Source of the DNA: Candidatus Bathyarchaeota archaeon B24-2
GTDB taxonomy: Archaea > Thermoproteota > Bathyarchaeia > Bathyarchaeales > B24-2
DNA: 38,556 bases
Direction: 5' to 3'
Assembly: GCA_002490245.1 (NCBI GenBank)
Contig: PCNA01000017.1
Coordinates: forward strand, 1 to 38,556
Below the pieces are notes generated by a model. The model did no database searches. It was not told the DNA's origin and saw only the letters and a list, made by a program, of their open reading frames with translations. Positions 17,384 through 27,514 of the stretch are shown one piece after another (position 1 is the first letter of the stretch; the number at the start of each line of letters is the position of its first letter). The position numbers were made by a program, and so were the translations under genes.

Positions 17384-18439
17384 TTACCCTCTAGAAGCGT
17401 TTATTATTACAGGCTTTAAGCCTTCTAGGCGAATCCTTCTTTCGATGGCCTGCTTCACTTCGCTTAAAGGGAACTCGCCTGTAAGTAGGGGTCTAAGGTT
17501 TATTCTGCCGTCCGCGATCATCTTTAAAGCCCTCTTAAAGACTGTGAGGGGTGCATTCTGGCTTGCTGTGACGTGAAGCATCTTATAGTGTATCAGGTTA
17601 AGGTCGAGGGAAGCCTTAGAGTTCAAGGGGAAGCCTGCGAAGAGGTTTAGGCGGCCCTTCTTCCTGAGCGCCTTTAAAGCTTCTTCGACGACTCCGGGTA
17701 CTCCAACGCTCAGTATGGCGGCGTCCACTCCCAAACCTTCAGTCTCGCTCATAACGCGTTCGATAAGGCTCTCCTCCCGTGGATTCACGACTACGTCTGC
17801 GCCTAGCCTCTTGGCTAACTTAAGTCTATCTTCGTCTACCTCGCTAACGATGAGCTTTCCTACACCTGAACGTTTAGCCACCAACAGTAACATCAAACCC
17901 ATCGGCCCCGCACCTATTATCAACAGCGACTCTCCGACCTTCAAGTTCAGAACTTCTACACCGTTTATACTACATCCCAGAGGTTCGGTAAGCGCGGCTT
18001 CCTCAGGGGGAATCTTCTCGGGAACTCTAACGACGTTACCTAGCCTGACCAGCTTCGACGGAACTAGAACATACTCGGCGAAGGCTCCGTTATAGTCGTA
18101 GCCGAAGGTCTTCCTGTTCGCACACATGTTCTGGTGGCCTGTTTGACAATAGAAGCATGAACCGCAAAAGACGACTGGATAAACGGTTACCATATCACCG
18201 ACCGAGAAGCCTTCGACTCCTTCACCCATCTCCGATATCTCACCGACGAACTCATGTCCCAAGACGGTTCCAGGCTTGGCTTTCTTCTCTCCCTTAAAGA
18301 CCCTCACATCAGACGCGCAGACAGAGGATCGCACAACCTTTACGAGTATATCTCCAGACCTAACCTTTGGTATAGGTGTTTTCTCGAACCTCAAGTCTCG
18401 AGGTCCATAATAGACGTTCGCCATCATAGTCTTAACCAT
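17384..18439 (-). CDS. Zn-dependent medium-chain (polyol-type) dehydrogenase
   Basis: CASD, GHE, CGSCFYC..GHQNMC, GAGPMG. Confidence 0.92.
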   Translation of the reverse strand: MVKTMMANVYYGPRDLRFEKTPIPKVRSGDILVKVVRSSVCASDVRVFKGEKKAKPGTVLGHEFVGEISEMGEGVEGFSVGDMVTVYPVVFCGSCFYCQTGHQNMCANRKTFGYDYNGAFAEYVLVPSKLVRLGNVVRVPEKIPPEEAALTEPLGCSINGVEVLNLKVGESLLIIGAGPMGLMLLLVAKRSGVGKLIVSEVDEDRLKLAKRLGADVVVNPREESLIERVMSETEGLGVDAAILSVGVPGVVEEALKALRKKGRLNLFAGFPLNSKASLDLNLIHYKMLHVTASQNAPLTVFKRALKMIADGRINLRPLLTGEFPLSEVKQAIERRIRLEGLKPVIINASRG

Positions 18440-18637
18440 ATTGCCGCACCCTCCTTTCTGATAGACGACGACCTTTACCTATCCATATAGAGGTCTAGGC
18501 TTTATAGTCTTCTTTATCCTCGAAATAAACTTTAATAGAGGTTTACGGTCGGGGAGAAGGATTCTGAGCTTTCGCCTTCCAAGAACCGCGGCTTAACGTT
18601 AGAGAGCCTTTATATTCAAGGTTGAACGTAAAAGGAA

Positions 18638-19534
18638 ATGGAGGAATACTTAATGAAGAGCCGTATTAAAGGTGTAATCCCGCCCCTCACAACCCCCTTT
18701 ACAGAGGAGGAGGAAGTCTACGAGGAGGGATTAAGGAACCTTTTAGACTTCCAAATCGAGAGAGGTATACATGGAGTCTTCCTATGCGGCACCTACGGTT
18801 CAGGTCCACTCATGTCGCTCGAGCAGCGTAAGAAAGTAGTAGAAATAGCGATGGATCAAATTAAGGGACGAATAGCGGTCATAGCCCATGTGGGCACAAC
18901 CAACACGCGAGACACCATAGAGCTAGCTAGACATGCCGAAGAGAATGGTGTGGACGCGGTAGCCTCCGTTCCTCCATACTACTATAGACACGACGAGCAG
19001 ACGGTTCTCGAGTATTTCAGAAACCTAGTTAACGCAGTCGATATTCCCGTGTATGTATATAACAATCCTAAGACCTCGGGTTTCACGGTGACTCCATCGA
19101 CGCTCGCGAAGCTAGCAGACTTAGGAGTGAAGGGGATAAAGGATAGTGGGTTCAACCTCATCGAGTTTTCACACTTCATCCTCAGGGAAGAGTTCAACTT
19201 CATAATAGGGACTGAAGCGTTGTTCCTTCCAGCCATGCTTCTGGGAGCGAGCGGATGCATTTCTGGACTAGCAAACGTTTTCCCCGAGCTAGTGGTCGAG
19301 CTATACGACGCCATAGTAGAGAAGAAGTATGAGAAAGCGGCTGAGCTACAGTTAAAGGTTAACAAGGCTCGGCAGATACTCCATATACCGAGGTCGACCA
19401 ACGCCGCATGCTACGCTATGCTGAGGGAGAGAGGAGTCGACGTAGGAGTGCCTAAACGCCCAGTCTTACCGGTACCAGAAGAAAGTGTGAAGTTGATGAA
19501 AGAGGAGTTCGCTAAGATTGGGTTGAATGTTTAG
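18638..19534 (+). CDS. DHDPS/N-acetylneuraminate lyase family aldolase (KDG aldolase-like)
   Basis: GVIPPLTTPF, GTYG, VYNNP, GIKDS; next to a KDG kinase-like gene. Confidence 0.88.
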   Translation: MEEYLMKSRIKGVIPPLTTPFTEEEEVYEEGLRNLLDFQIERGIHGVFLCGTYGSGPLMSLEQRKKVVEIAMDQIKGRIAVIAHVGTTNTRDTIELARHAEENGVDAVASVPPYYYRHDEQTVLEYFRNLVNAVDIPVYVYNNPKTSGFTVTPSTLAKLADLGVKGIKDSGFNLIEFSHFILREEFNFIIGTEALFLPAMLLGASGCISGLANVFPELVVELYDAIVEKKYEKAAELQLKVNKARQILHIPRSTNAACYAMLRERGVDVGVPKRPVLPVPEESVKLMKEEFAKIGLNV

Positions 19535-19588
19535 ATTTTAGTCCACATCCGCTTTCTTTTTTATTTCTTGAATTGAGGGTGAAGGTGT

Positions 19589-20551
19589 ATGTTCGGTCAG
19601 GTGGAAGTGGTAACGATAGGGGAAACCATGCTGATGCTTACTCCGCCACGTTTCCACTTGATAGAGAATTGCGAGAACTTTAGGGTGATGATCGGCGGGT
19701 CGGAGGCTAACGTCGCTATAGGCCTCCAGAGGCTAGGGGTGAGGAGCGGCTGGATAAGTAAGGTCGTCGATAACGCTCTAGGTAGGAGGATAGTTAACGA
19801 GATCCGCGGGTATGGTGTAGACGTTTCACGGGTAGTTTGGACGGATAAGGGGCGAGTAGGCCTCTTCTTCGTCGAGTTTGGGGTTGAACCTAGACCCTCG
19901 AAGACCATATATGACCGTGCAGGCTCCGCCGTAACCACGCTTAAGCCTGAGGAAGTAGACTGGGAGTACGTTAAGCAGGCAAAGATCCTTCATCAGACCG
20001 GAATCACGCCTGCACTTAGTGAGGTCTGCGAGAAACTAACCTTGAAGGCTGCGGAGAAGGCTAGAGAGATGGGACTTAAAAACTCTTTCGACGTTAACTA
20101 CCGCTCGTTACTCTGGAAGCCGGAGGAGATGAGAAAGACGTTAAGCAGGATTCTACCCTACGTCGACATCTTAATATCCACCTTAAGAGACGCTCATCTC
20201 CTCATAGAGGATGAACCGTCTCCGGAGGATACGGCAGCTAGGTTGAAGAAGGAGTATGGAAGTGAGGTGGTAGTCATCACGCTTGGGGAGAAGGGGAGCC
20301 TAGCCTTAAGCGATAGAGTATACCATGGGAGAAGCTATAGGCTAAAGGAGGTAAACCGTTTAGGTACAGGGGACGCTTTCGACGCGGGTTTCATCTATGG
20401 ATACTTGAAGGGGAACGTGCAGGTTGGGTTAGAGTACGCCGCCGCCATGGCAGCCCTTAAGTTCACGGTTCCACAGAACATACCGCTCATAACTAGGGAG
20501 GACGTAGAAAACCTAATCGGCGGGGTACAAGAGAGAGATATCAGACGGTGA
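19589..20551 (+). CDS. PfkB-family sugar kinase (2-keto-3-deoxygluconate kinase-like)
   Basis: GGSEANVA, FDVNYR..LW, GTGDAFDAG. Confidence 0.9.
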   Translation: MFGQVEVVTIGETMLMLTPPRFHLIENCENFRVMIGGSEANVAIGLQRLGVRSGWISKVVDNALGRRIVNEIRGYGVDVSRVVWTDKGRVGLFFVEFGVEPRPSKTIYDRAGSAVTTLKPEEVDWEYVKQAKILHQTGITPALSEVCEKLTLKAAEKAREMGLKNSFDVNYRSLLWKPEEMRKTLSRILPYVDILISTLRDAHLLIEDEPSPEDTAARLKKEYGSEVVVITLGEKGSLALSDRVYHGRSYRLKEVNRLGTGDAFDAGFIYGYLKGNVQVGLEYAAAMAALKFTVPQNIPLITREDVENLIGGVQERDIRR

Positions 20552-20570
20552 AGAATCATAGGTAACTTAC

Positions 20571-21536
20571 CTACTTCGAACGGTTTAACTCCTCGATGAG
20601 CTCTCTGGCAGCAAGCCTAACGGACTCTCTACAGTTATGTCTAGGTCGCCAGCCTAAGGCTTTAAGCTTACTTATGTCGAGTAACATGTTCTTAACGTCT
20701 CCAACCCATCCACGCCCATCCTCGAGGCCTCCCACGTAAGCGACCTTAACACCTTTTAGGCCCATCTCCTCGATAACTATTTCAGCTATTTCCCTCACCT
20801 CTAGCTGGTCTTCCGCACCTACGTTTAGGATAGCCACCTGCTCTTCAGACTTCTCTAAGCCGACCATCATGGCCTCTATGCAGTCCTTCACGTAGAGGTA
20901 AGACTTGTTTTGTCTCCCGTCTCCAAGCACCCTAAGTTCCTTCGGGTTACTTTTCAACTTCTTTATGAAGTCGTATATGATCCCGTGTCTGCTTCTAGGC
21001 CCCACTATGTTCGCAAGCCTGTAGATTAGGGCCCTAAACCCGTAGGTGTATGCATACGCCATTATTAGAGATTCGCAGGCCAGTTTGGACGCACCATAAA
21101 CAGATATGGGCTTTAGAGGCCCATAATCCTCTGGGGTCGGAATCACCGTTGCTTCACCGTAAACCGTCGAAGTGGACGTGAAGACCAGCGTATCGGCCTC
21201 TCCGACCTTCCTAACGGCCTCTAGCAGATTAAAGGTAGCCTCCACGTTCTGTCTATAGTGGACTTCAGGTCTTCTTGTGCCCACTCTGACTTCAGGGTTC
21301 GCCGCCAGATGGTAGATTGTGGTGGATTCTTCGACCGCCTTCTTCACGGTTTCGTAATCCAAGAGGTCGCCTTTCACGAACTTAACGTTCGGGTCGTTGA
21401 GGCAGGACTCTAAGTTCTTTAAGTCTCCGCCACTCAGGTTATCTATCACGAGAACCTCGAATCCTCTCGACGCTAACTCCTCCACGAGATGGCTGCCTAT
21501 GAAGCCCGCACCACCTGTTACGAGCGCTCTTCTCAT
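20571..21536 (-). CDS. NAD-dependent nucleotide-sugar epimerase/dehydratase (GalE-like)
   Basis: TGGAGFIGSH, STSTVYG, YGASK. Confidence 0.92.
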   Translation of the reverse strand: MRRALVTGGAGFIGSHLVEELASRGFEVLVIDNLSGGDLKNLESCLNDPNVKFVKGDLLDYETVKKAVEESTTIYHLAANPEVRVGTRRPEVHYRQNVEATFNLLEAVRKVGEADTLVFTSTSTVYGEATVIPTPEDYGPLKPISVYGASKLACESLIMAYAYTYGFRALIYRLANIVGPRSRHGIIYDFIKKLKSNPKELRVLGDGRQNKSYLYVKDCIEAMMVGLEKSEEQVAILNVGAEDQLEVREIAEIVIEEMGLKGVKVAYVGGLEDGRGWVGDVKNMLLDISKLKALGWRPRHNCRESVRLAARELIEELNRSK

Positions 21537-22558
21537 GAAGACTCCTCATCCAACCCTTTCAGTATTCTCTTCGCTATGGAGAAGTCCTCCTCCAACTCCT
21601 CGAGTGAGCCGACGCCTATCATACACGCGTCTACTCCGACCTCGTTAAAGACGAAGTCTAAGGCTTCGGCGGGAGGAATCCTGCCTCCAGCCATAGTCTT
21701 TATAGCTATAACTGGCTTACTAGAGCCTTTAATGGCTTTTAAGGCTAGCTCCCTGTTGGGAAGCATGAGGGCTCCCAGCTTGTTTACAGGTGTTAGGTAA
21801 CCGTCTACCTCTATCTCAGAGTCCTCCAAGATGGGTATGGTGGAACCTGCATGGTGAACCCCGAGGACTATGGTTTCGAAGCCCTCGTTTCGAAGTAGGG
21901 AAACCAGATCCTCTAGGAGGTCTAATCGTCCGCTTATCGCTAAGAAATCGCTTTCCGAGCCCGGTTCGACGAATATGACCTTAAAGTCTCTAAAGCAATC
22001 TAGGCAATCTTTAACCCTGTCGAAGTCGATCTCTAACTTATCGAGCTCATCTCTATCATATCCGCCTAGATGGTCGACCGTATATCGAAACCTCTTTTTC
22101 CAACCTTTTCTGCATAGGAGGATCGGGTCGTTGAGGTAACGTTCTAGAACGCTCTCTCCGACAAGTTTCGCCTCATAATTCAAGTATGAAGCCCACCTTC
22201 TATAGTCGTCTATACGCTCACCTTCCATCCTTAAGGGTATTCTTAGACAAAAGGTGAGAGCTAACTCGACATCTGTGATCCTCTCGGTCCTTTTTATAGC
22301 CTCTAAAAGCAAGCTCGCCAGTCGACCTTCCATCGAGGGAACGGCGCTGACAGCCGTCGCCCCATAATCCTCTACGGCCTTAACGAGAACTTTGACCGTG
22401 TAGTCGACGTTAGAGAACCTTTCGACGTACAGCCTGTTCTTCGCTTCACCTTGATATGATTCGCCGAGGAACGGTAGGCAGCCGATTATGACCCTAGGGA
22501 CAGGTATTCCGCCGACCCCGACTAGGGGGAAGCCCGAAGCCTCGACATAGCTCCTCAT
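21533..22558 (-). CDS. Uncharacterised protein, possibly a divergent aldo/keto-reductase-like TIM barrel
   Basis: 341 aa; PRVIIG..PF start, LTPVN, KPVIAIKTMAGGRI; ATGA overlap with the epimerase gene. Confidence 0.6.
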   Translation of the reverse strand: MRSYVEASGFPLVGVGGIPVPRVIIGCLPFLGESYQGEAKNRLYVERFSNVDYTVKVLVKAVEDYGATAVSAVPSMEGRLASLLLEAIKRTERITDVELALTFCLRIPLRMEGERIDDYRRWASYLNYEAKLVGESVLERYLNDPILLCRKGWKKRFRYTVDHLGGYDRDELDKLEIDFDRVKDCLDCFRDFKVIFVEPGSESDFLAISGRLDLLEDLVSLLRNEGFETIVLGVHHAGSTIPILEDSEIEVDGYLTPVNKLGALMLPNRELALKAIKGSSKPVIAIKTMAGGRIPPAEALDFVFNEVGVDACMIGVGSLEELEEDFSIAKRILKGLDEESS

Positions 22559-22629
22559 AACCGAATCAAATTAAAATTTCAACGAAGACCCTCTAAAGCT
22601 TTTCAGGCTCTTTGAAGGGAAATTCTACA

Positions 22630-23607
22630 TCAGTCTGGGATGTCGAGCTTTAGCTGTCTCTTGAGCGTCTTATACCTGTTTCTGACGGTGACTTCTGTTA
22701 CGTTGGCCGCCTGCGCTATGTCCTTCTGCGTCTTCTTCTCTCCAGAGGCCATGCAGGCTAAGTATAATGCGGCGGCGGCGAGGCCTAGAGGGTCTTTACC
22801 GGCGGAGACCTTCAACTCCTTCGCTCGACGTATGTAGAGTATGGCTAAGCCCTGTGTTTTACCGCTTACACCTATCCTCTCCGCTATCTTAGAGATGTAG
22901 GTCATCGGGTCTGCAACCGGCATCTGGATCTCCAGCTCCCTCAAGAGCAGCCGATAACATCTAGCCACATCCTTCCTGTCGACAAGACTGGCCTCCGCTA
23001 TCTCTCTAAGGGTTCTCGCGGTGTTAGTGGTCCTACAGGCGGCGTAGAGCGAGGCAGCCGCTATAGCGGCTATAGAGCGTCCTCTAACAAGCCCCTTCTC
23101 TAAGGCCTTACGATAGATGACGGCTGCCTTCTCTTTCACCGGACCAGAGACGTAGACTTTATCAGAGAGCCTATCGAGCTCGGACATCGCTTGAGCTAAG
23201 TTTCTGTCGACCGAGGAGTGTACCCGAGACCTGATCTGCCATTTACGTAGCCTGAGCATCTGAAGCCTTGTCGAGAGGGGTAGCCTACGGCCTAGTGCGT
23301 CGCGGTCTATTCTACCGATAGCTGTCGATAAACCTTTATCGTGCACCGAGAAGGATGTCGGAACGCCGACCCTGCTTCTAGAGTTCTTCTCCTCTTGGGT
23401 GAAGGCCCTCCACTCTGGGCCTTTATCCATTATCTGTTCCCTGATCACTAGACCGCATTCTCCGCAGACTATCTCCCCGCTATCGTAATCTTGGATTACG
23501 TTTGAGCTACCACACTCCGGGCAGCTCTCCATAGAGAAGCGTTTACGTCTAATCGGCCTCAGGGAACTCCTCTTCTTCTCCGCATAGGAAATGACCAACT
23601 TTTTCAC
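22630..23607 (-). CDS. tfb: Transcription initiation factor IIB
   Basis: Zn ribbon CPEC...CGEC, GPEWRAF, two cyclin repeats, VTEVTVRNRYK. Confidence 0.97.
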   Translation of the reverse strand: MKKLVISYAEKKRSSLRPIRRKRFSMESCPECGSSNVIQDYDSGEIVCGECGLVIREQIMDKGPEWRAFTQEEKNSRSRVGVPTSFSVHDKGLSTAIGRIDRDALGRRLPLSTRLQMLRLRKWQIRSRVHSSVDRNLAQAMSELDRLSDKVYVSGPVKEKAAVIYRKALEKGLVRGRSIAAIAAASLYAACRTTNTARTLREIAEASLVDRKDVARCYRLLLRELEIQMPVADPMTYISKIAERIGVSGKTQGLAILYIRRAKELKVSAGKDPLGLAAAALYLACMASGEKKTQKDIAQAANVTEVTVRNRYKTLKRQLKLDIPD

Positions 23608-23669
23608 AGCCCTGCCGACCGCGCTTCAAAATCGTCCATTGAAGTGAACCTCAAAACCCTCTCGTTAAA

Positions 23670-23685
23670 TATATAAATTTTTCGG
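23670..23685 (-). promoter_or_regulatory. BRE-TATA promoter of tfb
   Basis: Minus strand reads CCGAAAAA-TTTATATA, a canonical archaeal BRE plus TATA box. Confidence 0.75.
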
Positions 23686-23768
23686 TTAACAATTACTATT
23701 AACGAATCTAGTATTTATAACTTCCCTAAAACTTAAAAAGAAGTGTTGTCGGCTTAACCGAGGACTGC

Positions 23769-24740
23769 TTGGAACATACCTTTAAATTTTTCGAAGAATC
23801 TAAGGCTAGAACCCTTTCTATAAAAAAGTTTTATACGTTCACCCCCTTCCTTAACTTTCATGTGTTAAGCTTGAGGGTGCTCGGATTGTGCGGCTTCCGT
23901 ATTAGGAGGATGAGGCCTCAGGACGTCGTCGAAGTGGTTAGGATAGCGAATCAGGCATTCCGTGAAACCGCTCGGCTCACGAGGAGGCTTGGTTACGGCT
24001 TCGCGAAGTATATGCTTGAAGGTGGAGAGTTACTGTTCGTGGCCGAAACAGAAGGCGGGAAGGTCGTGGGTTTCGTATTCGGCCGCCGTGAAGAAGACTC
24101 CGCCGTCATAGGCTGGATAGCGGTCCATCCAGAATATCAAGGTAGGGGAGTAGGCGGTCTACTTCTCAAGGCTGTAGAAGATGAAGCTAGAAGGGCAGGT
24201 TTAAAGACTGTAATCACAGGTACACCCTTCGCGAGGTCTTTCTATGAGAAGTATGGTTATGAGTGCTATAGAGTAGAAAGAGCTCTGCTCTTAGAGCTTA
24301 TCGGAAGAACCGTGAACCCTCCTAAAGACATGGATGTCCACCCTTTACTCTTAGACGATCTTCCAGCTCTAGCCTCTTTCATGGGCGACGAGGAATATCT
24401 AAGGTTTTTGATGGCCTATTTCAGCGTCTACGACTCGGATCCAGACATGTGTTTAATAGGGTTTAGGGGGAAAGACGTAGCTGGCGCAGTCGTCGGTAAA
24501 AGAAACGAGGTTTATCCAGAGCTTGTGACGCTTGAAGAACTCGTAGTTAAGGATGAAAGCTATGCTTATGATATGCTCGACGCGTTGACCTACGCCGTGT
24601 CGGTTAAGGGGTATAGGTGGGTCGGTGTGAGACTCTCGGTTAGAGGGTTAGATGAGGAGGAGCTTTTAAGGAGGGGATGGAAGGACGCTAAGTTGCCGTC
24701 ATTCTGGACTAGATATCACATTCGTAAACACTTACGGTGA
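23769..24740 (+). CDS. GNAT-family N-acetyltransferase with a probable second, degenerate GNAT domain
   Basis: IAVHPEYQGRGVG, FYEKYGY. True start is probably near TTG 23886. Confidence 0.88.
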   Translation: MEHTFKFFEESKARTLSIKKFYTFTPFLNFHVLSLRVLGLCGFRIRRMRPQDVVEVVRIANQAFRETARLTRRLGYGFAKYMLEGGELLFVAETEGGKVVGFVFGRREEDSAVIGWIAVHPEYQGRGVGGLLLKAVEDEARRAGLKTVITGTPFARSFYEKYGYECYRVERALLLELIGRTVNPPKDMDVHPLLLDDLPALASFMGDEEYLRFLMAYFSVYDSDPDMCLIGFRGKDVAGAVVGKRNEVYPELVTLEELVVKDESYAYDMLDALTYAVSVKGYRWVGVRLSVRGLDEEELLRRGWKDAKLPSFWTRYHIRKHLR

Positions 24741-24751
24741 GGTGAACGGTC

Positions 24752-26716
24752 TTGTTCGTTAAGTTATTGAATAAAATATCGCCCTACATATCCGGGGTCA
24801 ACGCTTTAGAGTTGATTAAGCATATAAACGACCTCGACCGCTGGTCGTCGTTCGACAAGCACCACGAAACAGCTCTATACTGTATAGATACGATGAAGGG
24901 TTACGGTCTTGAAACCGAAATCTTTCAGCTTCCCGCCGATGGAGAGAAGACCTATGGAGACTGGGTTATGCCGCGTGCATGGGATGCATGGTCTGCTAGA
25001 CTCACCCTGCTACCTAAAGACGGAAGAAGAGAAGTCATACTCTGCGACTATAAAGTTAACCCATGCTCGCTTGTAGTCTATAGTAAGCCTACACCGCCTG
25101 GAGGAGTCACAGCCGAAGTCGTTGTGGTAAAGGGAGGATCTAAACCTGAAGACTATGATGGGTTAGACGTTGAAGGAAAGGTGGTCTTTACGAGCGATTC
25201 TGCCAGAAGTTCACGGATAGAAGCTACTAGGCACGGCGCGGTCGGAATAATCTCAGACCATCTACCGGTGATCGAGTATTACCGGCCACCTATGGAACTT
25301 CCAGACTGCTATTTCTGGGATAGGTTCAGCACAGACACCCATGGAGGTTGGGGTATGAAGAAGGGAGACGTCGAATGCTGGGGTTTCGTTTTAACGCCTA
25401 GACAGGGACACTGGCTTAGGGAATTGATTCGTAAAGAGAAGACCGTTAAGGTCCATGCCGAGGTGAACTCCCGCTTCTACGATGGAACGGTCGACGTGGT
25501 TACTGGATATATTCCGGGGGAGACCGATGAGGAGGTGCTAATTAACGGCCATCTATACGAGGTTGGGGCTATAGATAACGCAAGCGGATGCGGGGTGGCG
25601 ATAGAGGTTCTCAGATGCCTTAATGAATTGATCGAAAGAGGTGAGCTCAAGAGGCCTAAACGTGGGATAAGGATGCTGTTCACCTATGAGTGTATGGGGA
25701 CGATGGGAGCGGTTATCGAGAGGCCCGACATCTTTAATCGCGTAGTGGCTGCTATAACCCTCGACTCGGTCGGGGGAGACGAAAGCTTATGTAAAGCTTT
25801 CCTATCGTTATCGCATAATCCACATGCCCAAAGCTCATATACAGACACTTTACTTAGGCTTATAATGGAGCACATGACCCACAGAGAGAAATTCCTCGTA
25901 AATTGGCGTGAAAGGCCGTTCCTCAACGCAGACAACATAATCTCAGACCCTACGATAGGAATCCCCTCTCCTCTACTGCTGGAATATCCGTATAGGTATT
26001 ACCATACCTGTATGGATACGCCCGACAAGCTCAACCCAGACAAACTCTCTTGGATAGGAGTGGTAGCGGCGACCTACGTTTACTTTATAGCCAACGCTGG
26101 CGAAGCGGAGTGCAAGTGGCTTATAGAAGAGGTGTTGAGCGAGGGAAAAAAGGCTATGATCGACGCGGTCAAGGAGTATGTAAAGGTTTATTATGAAAGT
26201 GGGGGGAGGAGGTCTGAAGAGCTATGGAAGAGACTAAATTACCTAAGGATACGGTATGATAATGCCTTAGAGTCCATACTGCGTCTAGCATCTAGCGACG
26301 ACCACGACACTCGTAGGAGACTTAACCATGCTAAGAGGGAACTTATCGAGTTCGCTGAGGCCTCTTATAGACGGTTTTGCCATATAACCGGAACCACCGC
26401 TGAAAAGCCTAAACCGAAAATGAGTAGATATAAGCTTGAGGCTTCTAAGGTCGTTCCTAAGCGATTAATAATCGGCGTATCCAAGAGAACACGTATACCA
26501 GCAGATAAGCGTGAGGAATGGTCGAAGAAGCTTAAAGAGTGGAATATAGACGCGGACGTCGAATTCTCTGCTCAGATGTGGTGCGACGGGAAGCGCAGCG
26601 TAGCAGAGATAGAGGAGCTAGTCGAATGTGAAACGGGAAAGACGGGCATAAAATTGCTCGAATACTTCCGTGAGATGGAGAAGTACGGATACTTCGAATG
26701 CTCGGTTAAAGATTGA
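24752..26716 (+). CDS. M28-family metallopeptidase with PA-like insert and C-terminal helical extension (DUF4910-like)
   Basis: GHL, GAIDNASG, YEC, LDSVG, YYHT.MDT; GAGGTGA ribosome-binding site. Confidence 0.82.
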   Translation: MFVKLLNKISPYISGVNALELIKHINDLDRWSSFDKHHETALYCIDTMKGYGLETEIFQLPADGEKTYGDWVMPRAWDAWSARLTLLPKDGRREVILCDYKVNPCSLVVYSKPTPPGGVTAEVVVVKGGSKPEDYDGLDVEGKVVFTSDSARSSRIEATRHGAVGIISDHLPVIEYYRPPMELPDCYFWDRFSTDTHGGWGMKKGDVECWGFVLTPRQGHWLRELIRKEKTVKVHAEVNSRFYDGTVDVVTGYIPGETDEEVLINGHLYEVGAIDNASGCGVAIEVLRCLNELIERGELKRPKRGIRMLFTYECMGTMGAVIERPDIFNRVVAAITLDSVGGDESLCKAFLSLSHNPHAQSSYTDTLLRLIMEHMTHREKFLVNWRERPFLNADNIISDPTIGIPSPLLLEYPYRYYHTCMDTPDKLNPDKLSWIGVVAATYVYFIANAGEAECKWLIEEVLSEGKKAMIDAVKEYVKVYYESGGRRSEELWKRLNYLRIRYDNALESILRLASSDDHDTRRRLNHAKRELIEFAEASYRRFCHITGTTAEKPKPKMSRYKLEASKVVPKRLIIGVSKRTRIPADKREEWSKKLKEWNIDADVEFSAQMWCDGKRSVAEIEELVECETGKTGIKLLEYFREMEKYGYFECSVKD

Positions 26717-26875
26717 ACAGCTAAAAGCCTTTTAATCCACCATTTTTAAGGAGTGAATAGAGATCGGTTTAAATACCTATCGAAGACTGGATAACCCCTC
26801 AACGTTCACAACCTATTAGAAGTTCAATTTTTATTAGAAAGGTTGAAACCATACTATAATGTATAAAATGCGGAG

Positions 26876-26951
26876 AGCCCGGTGGTGTAGCGGTCAAGCA
26901 TGGCGGGCTCTGGACCCGCTGACGGGAGTTCGAATCTCCCCCGGGCTACCA
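26876..26951 (+). tRNA. tRNA-Gln(CTG), intronless, CCA encoded
   Basis: AGCCCGG/CCGGGCT acceptor with A1-U72, anticodon arm GCGGG-CTCTGGA-CCCGC, T-arm GGGAG-TTCGAAT-CTCCC. Confidence 0.97.
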
Positions 26952-27328
26952 TATTAAACTTATCAAATAAGCCCGACTCATGCCCATTTTGGCTACGACG
27001 TAGTTAAACAGTAGTCTATTTCTACGCTCACCTACCATTTTACTTCTAGGTTCGAACACGCATAATCTATAGCGGACTGCAAAAATCCATTCTGGGAATC
27101 AGAGTTGCTGGTCGGTCGCACTCAGAGAATGCTGTTAGAAGCGCTGAACGTCTTCATGACAGCATAGCCCTCTCTCAAGCTTCTTTCTTAGATCAAGTAT
27201 TTGCTGAACTTTATGAATGCTCCTTTATCAGCATTAACTAAAAAGGCTGGGAGAATGTGAAGTTCCGACAGAAGAACATTAAAGTAAAGGTTTAAGAACT
27301 TATTAAGTAATACATATGAGGGAATGCC

Positions 27329-27514
27329 ATGCCCATCGAATTGAAGGAGATAATCAGGTTCATAAAGGATCTGGGATACGAGGTCAAGACCGAGGTTACT
27401 GGTAAGAGTGTCGTCGATGAGCTTTTGGGAGCCTTTGAGGGCGTTGTTCCAAGGGGGATGACGAGCACCGAGTACTTGAAGAATCTCAGAGAGACCGGGT
27501 ATGGAAAATATTAG
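27329..27514 (+). CDS. Putative antitoxin
   Basis: 61 aa, overlaps the PIN gene; C-terminal STEYLKNLRE resembles VapB tails. Confidence 0.6.
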   Translation: MPIELKEIIRFIKDLGYEVKTEVTGKSVVDELLGAFEGVVPRGMTSTEYLKNLRETGYGKY

